DNA of 64,000 bases from positions 5,979 to 69,978 of IMG/VR virus record IMGVR_UViG_3300021387_000091. The stretch is one strand, 5' to 3'. This document shows positions 59,665 to 64,000 of the stretch, one piece after another. Position numbers and translations under genes: made by a program. A model generated the notes under the pieces. That model was not told the DNA's origin and searched no databases. It was given only the letters and a program-made list of their open reading frames with translations. The DNA is from a virus (taxonomy: Duplodnaviria > Heunggongvirae > Uroviricota > Caudoviricetes). Position 1 is the stretch's first letter, and every line of letters starts with the position of its first letter.

Positions 59665-60780
59665 TTAAAAACTAAATGTTATAGTTTTTTTCTCTTCTTC
59701 TCGTTTTGGAGTAGAAGAATCTTTTTGTTTTGTTTCTTGTCTTATTTTACAGGGTATATTGTTATACTCTGATTGGAATTGTGTATAATCCGTTATTTGA
59801 TCTGGAGGAGGTAATGCTAAAAACCATCCAACAGAACCTGCAAATCAAGTATTTATTACTTGATCAGCAATACCATATCGATTTTTGGAAATTATCAACG
59901 AACGATGCCATCTAGTTAATCCTTGATCTCCAAGTATTTTATAACCTCTATATGTTGCTAATTTTTCTCTAAATGGATAAAATAATTGAATAACAACATC
60001 ACTAGCATCGCCAACAGCACCAGTCTGTTTAATATCATTGAGGGTTGGTTCACTTAATTCTGCTTTACGACGATCCATAGAAGAAGCATCACGATTTTGT
60101 TGCATTAACATAAATCAAGACATATTTAATTTATTTTTTAATGTAACCATATAAGATGCAGCTGTATCTATTTCTTGTTTCAATTCTCTTCCTTCTGATG
60201 GATTCATAAGTAGACCGTGATCTATTACTCCAATTAAACGTTGATTCGGATTTTTTGCAAGATATCTTTTCTTTCCTTCAATCTCTTCAAATGTGCCAAA
60301 TCTACTTGCAAAATTTAAAGCTTCATGATATAAAGTTTTGCAATTAAGCATACTGTCTACAATGATTAAATGTTCTGAAATACCATCTATTCATTTTTTA
60401 GCAGATTTTAGATATTCTATATTATCGTCAGAAATAGGACTTTGAAATGATAAAATATCATCTAATGTTAAATAAACCCCAAATTCTTCGGCACAATATA
60501 AACTCATTAGTTTTGCAAGTAACACATTTGCAGGTAATTCAAGGCTAAAATATAAAAAATAAACTGGATATTTTTTATCAATATGTCGCAACATATGATA
60601 CATTATAAATAAAATAAGTGCAGATTTACCAACTGAACTAGCTGCTGCAATAGTATAAAACCTTGAAGGTTGAATACCACCAATTACTTTATCTAATTTA
60701 GGAATTCCAGTAGATAATCCTATATTTTCACCTCTTTTACCTTTTTCAATTTGAGCTCAAAGTAATTCAAGATCAGTCAT
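59665..60780 (-). CDS. dnaB: DnaB-like replicative helicase (371 aa; four TGA=Trp)
   Basis: STGIPKLD..IGG, AASSVGKS, YFSLE, VIDH, QQNR, DASDVV, KNRYG. Confidence 0.9.
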
Positions 60781-62411
60781 TATATAGATTCATAAACATT
60801 AAATGTACTTTCCACTTGACCTTCTTGTGGATGATCTTTAAGTTCTTTTAAATCTATTCATTTCTGACTTGCTACAAACTCTAAACATTACATTCCATAT
60901 TATTCGCAAGATAATATGCGTTCTCTTATGAACTGCTATATATCACTATATAGATTCGACTATTTCTTTATCCTGTTTAGGATACACTCCATTTCCATCA
61001 CCATTAGCTTGTGATGTACTCCCAATAGGGATAGTCTGTGAACATTTCGAATAATCAAAAAGGTTAATATATATTTTCTTTATATGCTCTATAAAAGCAT
61101 CCTTATTTATATTCATTTTCATTCTATTACAAATATCACAACAAGTTACACAATTATCTATTGTGTATCCTTTTGATGAATCCAAACGATCTATTCCATT
61201 TCTTAGGAATTTTTCATTTGTTTTATTATATTTATAATCAGACGAATATTCTTTAGGTTTACTATTACAATAAAAACAATTACCAAATATAAGATTTCCA
61301 AATTCAGAATCTGTTAAATTTCATTCAAGGCCTCTGTCTGCTGCACCTCTCATATAGGAGCTTTTTACACAGTTAAATGGTGCATCTAATGTCGGAATCT
61401 TATGATTTCCACTTTTACATACATCACATTCACATTTTGTAGCAATTATGGTTTTTAATGATTTAATAGATTCTGTTCCACATTTTAAGCATTTTACTCT
61501 ATAATATCTAGATGTTCCTTTTTCTTCTACAAATTCTAATATTTCATAAACATCTGTTTTAAATCCAACATAATTTTGAATAGTTTTATTTTTCTTACAT
61601 TGAATACAGATAGCACGATATATTTGTCTTGTTGTAAATATATATCCACAATCTAAACATTTTAAAGTAAATAAATAACTAGCTGTTCCCGAAATTCTTT
61701 CTTTAGCTATTATTTTAAAATTACCTTTTTCAGATTCGACTTTGCTGCCGATTATCAATTTTCTTCCCATAATAAAAATTTAAAAATTAAAATCATCTAT
61801 ATAATTTGTTATTACAAATATACGAAATTATTTTTAAATTTCCAAGAAATGAATTGATTTTTCCGCAATTAAAAGTGTTTATTACCTTTATATTACTATA
61901 AAGGAGGACTTCAAATTAAAATCCCAAAGTTTATGTGATTATGTTCTTTAGCCCATTTTAATATTTCCATAATCTCTTTATGAGTTTCGGGATTATGTTT
62001 TATAGTAGAACTATAATGAAAGAAAAAATCATCTAACGACATAAACTTTTTACTGATATTTCGCAATGATGCAAGTTTTCCATTTATTGGAATGAACGCA
62101 GGATATTCTTCAAAAAGTTCTTTTCCTAATTTTCCAGAACCTTTAATTCATCCCTTTAAAAAGTTTTTATTAAACTCAATATCATCGGGATTATATGATT
62201 TTGGATTATAATCTTTATGAATAATACCCTTTTCTTTTAGAGATTCAAATAATGATTTTAATCTAGATTGACCTCCATTAGAAAATCATTTTGCAAAATA
62301 TTCAGCATGTCCCTCTTCTTCTTGTGCAAGAAACGTTAAATAAACAAGAAGAAGTTCATCTGCTGTTAGATTATACGCAATCATTAAATTTAAAATAGTA
62401 TCTATTTCCAA
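60780..62411 (-). CDS. Conserved protein upstream of DnaB (possible initiator/helicase loader), spliced: exon 1 62411-61921, exon 2 60885-60780 (198 aa; TGA=Trp)
   Basis: TTG start. Exons of 491 + 106 nt give 199 codons, junction INFGI|LEFVASQK[W]. The stop overlaps the dnaB ATG (TAATG). Function is inferred from position only. Confidence 0.75.
60946..61770 (-). CDS. Intron-encoded HNH homing endonuclease (274 aa; one TGA=Trp)
   Basis: Multiple CxxC pairs; CFYC...NGIDRLDSSKGYTIDNCVTCCDICNRMK. Confidence 0.85.
61815..61846 (-). promoter_or_regulatory. Intron-internal Bacteroidota-type promoter for the HNH gene
   Basis: CTTG, 20-nt spacer, TATATTTG; same arrangement as in the ligase intron. 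Confidence 0.7.
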
Positions 62412-62491
62412 TATTGTTAAATTAAATTAAATATTAATCTAACAACAAACATTTTAAAGTATTTTATATACTGTTATAAGTTGGAATTACG

Positions 62492-63719
62492 TTAAAATCT
62501 AAATTCTATATTTGGAGAATATTCTCTCTCCCTTGTTTCAATTTGTTCTCCTGCGAGAACTTGATCTAATTGTGCTTCATTAATAGTTATCACTTTAGAT
62601 GTTTTGGAATTAGAAAATCAATTTACCTCTTGAGTTCCTTTAAGAATTAAGGTAAAAATTTCAGCAGTTTTACCTTCCTCAAATCTAAGACTTCTTCCAA
62701 GTCTCTGTGTTTTACGAATCTTAGAAGAATCTGTATGCAATATAACCTCAAGGTTTATTCCAGCTAAATCTAATCCTTGATCTGCTGCCTTACTTGTATT
62801 TAATACCCCAGCTTTATCAGAATTAAATTTTTCAATAACTTCTTGATTTTCTTTTGCTTTCTTTTGAGAGTGCATTGTATATCCAATTCCAATAGATTCT
62901 GCCATTTTAATTGTAGAAGAAAATGTTATAGCTTTACTATTAGGACGCGCTTCAAGAATTTTTCTTGCAATTTCTATTTTTTTTGGATGACTAAGAATGA
63001 AATCTTTACGAGCTTTCATTGTTCTCATAAAAGTCATAGCCATTGCAGTAACTGTTTTTACGTCCTTTTGATGTTGTTTTGCTCAAATAGCTCTTCTTAT
63101 AGGATTTGTCGCAACTTCCATTGCTGTACTAAATTCAAAATTAAAAAAAGCAAATGCACTATTAAACTTTTTATTAATTTCTTGATATTCTGTAAGATCT
63201 ACATCAAGCATTACAACATATTCCTTATGAGGAGAAACTCAACCATTTTTTTCAGCTTCTTCTATTGTAATTCTATCACAAACAGGAGCAAACTTTTCAA
63301 TAAGAATATGTCTCATATCTAATCTTTCAAGTGTTCCTGTTAAACAAAGTATAAATTGATATTGTACTTTATCAAACACTTGAATGAACGTCTCTGCTCC
63401 TGTAAGATGCACTTCGTCTACAATTAAAAGATCACAACTTCAATTCAATTTAATAACACTATTGATAATTTCAACCCTAGCATTTAGTCCAAGACCTCTT
63501 TCATCGATTTGTTCAATTCACTGATCTTTTAGAATTTGTGTTGGTACAACAACTAAAACTTGAGAACTAGGGTTTTTAGTTACAAAAGCATCAATTAGAT
63601 TTAAAGCAACTCTAGTTTTACTTTATTTAACCGAAGCCGGTGCACGCAACAATACTTGCTTTGCCACCAGCTTCTAGTCATCGTTTAAGACATAGTTTTT
63701 GTCTTGCTGTTCTGTCCAT
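62492..63719 (-). CDS. SF2 (DEAD/DEAH-like) helicase, 405 aa if a 10-nt interruption at 63620-63629 is removed; otherwise disrupted
   Basis: CTGFG|KT Walker A, VVVPT, IVDEVH, LTGT, DQGLD, QRLGRSLR; 30 + 376 codons on either side of the gap; TGA=Trp. Confidence 0.8.
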
Positions 63720-63999
63720 CCCACCAATCACTATGAGGACAATTCATACAATCAAACTCTGAACAATTATCACATGGTAATTCCCAGTCATCTTCTTTTG
63801 GATAGTCATAATAATTATAACCACTATAATCAGGTTCATATGGCCAACGATGATGTCTGTTATAAGCGTAATAATCTATTTTAATTTCATATTGCATGTT
63901 TGTTGGAATTGTTTTAATAAGTGCTTCTATGAAATTTAAACAGTTTTCTAATTCAGAAATAACAGTATATTCAGAATCAGTATGTTCTCTATAATAACC
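63685..63999 (-). CDS. C-terminal part of a protein truncated by the window edge, possibly M28/M20-like peptidase
   Basis: The frame is open to the window edge; GYYREHTDSE resembles the GYY..HT..E C-terminal metal-ligand motif; Tyr/Asp/Cys-rich tail. Confidence 0.45.
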   Translation of the reverse strand, partial: GYYREHTDSEYTVISELENCLNFIEALIKTIPTNMQYEIKIDYYAYNRHHRWPYEPDYSGYNYYDYPKEDDWELPCDNCSEFDCMNCPHSDWWDGQNSKTKTMS

Positions 64000-64000
64000 G

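Larger units (their letters stand above)
60886..61920 (-). mobile_element. Group I self-splicing intron (1035 nt)
   Basis: P1 GGGAU/GUCCU with a U-G splice pair; P10 UUUGAA pairs with exon 2 UUUAGA; P7 GACUA/UAGUC (AAGAAAUAGUC); P9 hairpin CAUAUUAU/AUAAUAUG; terminal G at 60886. Confidence 0.88.

Noticed and set aside
60895-60896. Alternative 3' splice site after AAUAAUAUG in the second intron
   Set aside because: It would put an in-frame TAA in exon 2 and lacks P10 pairing. The site at 60886 restores the frame and pairs with the IGS.
63620-63629. Intein or complete intron at the helicase Walker A
   Set aside because: Only 10 nt are present, with no Cys/Ser-start and His-Asn-end intein and no ribozyme core. 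It is kept as an unexplained gap in the findings.
2243-63884. Antisense or out-of-frame ORFs in the track (e.g. 2243-2437, 2889-3182, 7685-8038, 14207-14413, 22697-22942, 37828-38055, 43741-44214, 51112-51543, 54711-54974, 59012-59248, 62843-63322)
   Set aside because: They overlap well-supported genes on the opposite strand or frame, show no recognisable motifs, and look like shadow ORFs.
1-64000. TGA as selenocysteine, or a host that natively uses code 4/25 (Mollicutes, Gracilibacteria)
   Set aside because: TGA occurs at Trp-consensus positions rather than Cys or Gly positions, and the promoters are Bacteroidota type, pointing to a standard-code host.
1-64000. tRNA genes (especially a UCA suppressor), rRNA, CRISPR arrays
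   Set aside because: No cloverleaf with a TTCGA T-loop or regularly spaced repeats was found in the few intergenic gaps by eye. A formal scan was not possible.

Overview
The window is an internal, AT-rich fragment of a crAss-like phage (Crassvirales) genome. The host is probably a Bacteroidota member, because the promoters are of the TTTG-N20-TAnnTTTG type. The phage reads TGA as Trp (code 4). The supplied ORF track is broken at TGA codons, but the fragments rejoin in frame and every reconstructed gene ends in TAA or TAG. The + strand (1-36682) carries the virion block: the tail stabilisation protein C-terminus, small cargo proteins, and giant predicted ejected proteins of about 1416, 642, 3244, 3446 and 1553 aa. 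The last three carry an SF1 helicase domain, the two-barrel virion RNA polymerase (DLDID motif, C-terminal zincin) and a RecB-like nuclease domain respectively. The - strand (36733-64000) carries replication and nucleotide-metabolism genes: dNMP kinase, ThyX, PNK, NTase, RNA ligase, YqeY, DNA ligase, dUTPase, an FTR-like protein, NrdG/NrdD, exonuclease, primase, SSB, AAA ATPase, DnaB and an SF2 helicase. A bidirectional terminator separates the two blocks. Two group I introns with HNH endonucleases were resolved to the nucleotide by P1/P10 pairing and frame restoration. The most unusual candidates are: (i) a promoter- and terminator-bounded structured small RNA at 5152-5262; (ii) a RecD-like helicase and a RecB-like nuclease in the predicted virion proteins flanking the RNAP; (iii) gene-by-gene partitioning of TGA versus TGG, suggesting a translational switch; (iv) a 10-nt interruption inside the Walker A motif of the SF2 helicase; (v) a redoxin-type NrdD with a mini ferredoxin:thioredoxin reductase. 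All calls come from manual reading and motif recognition. No database search or folding program was run.
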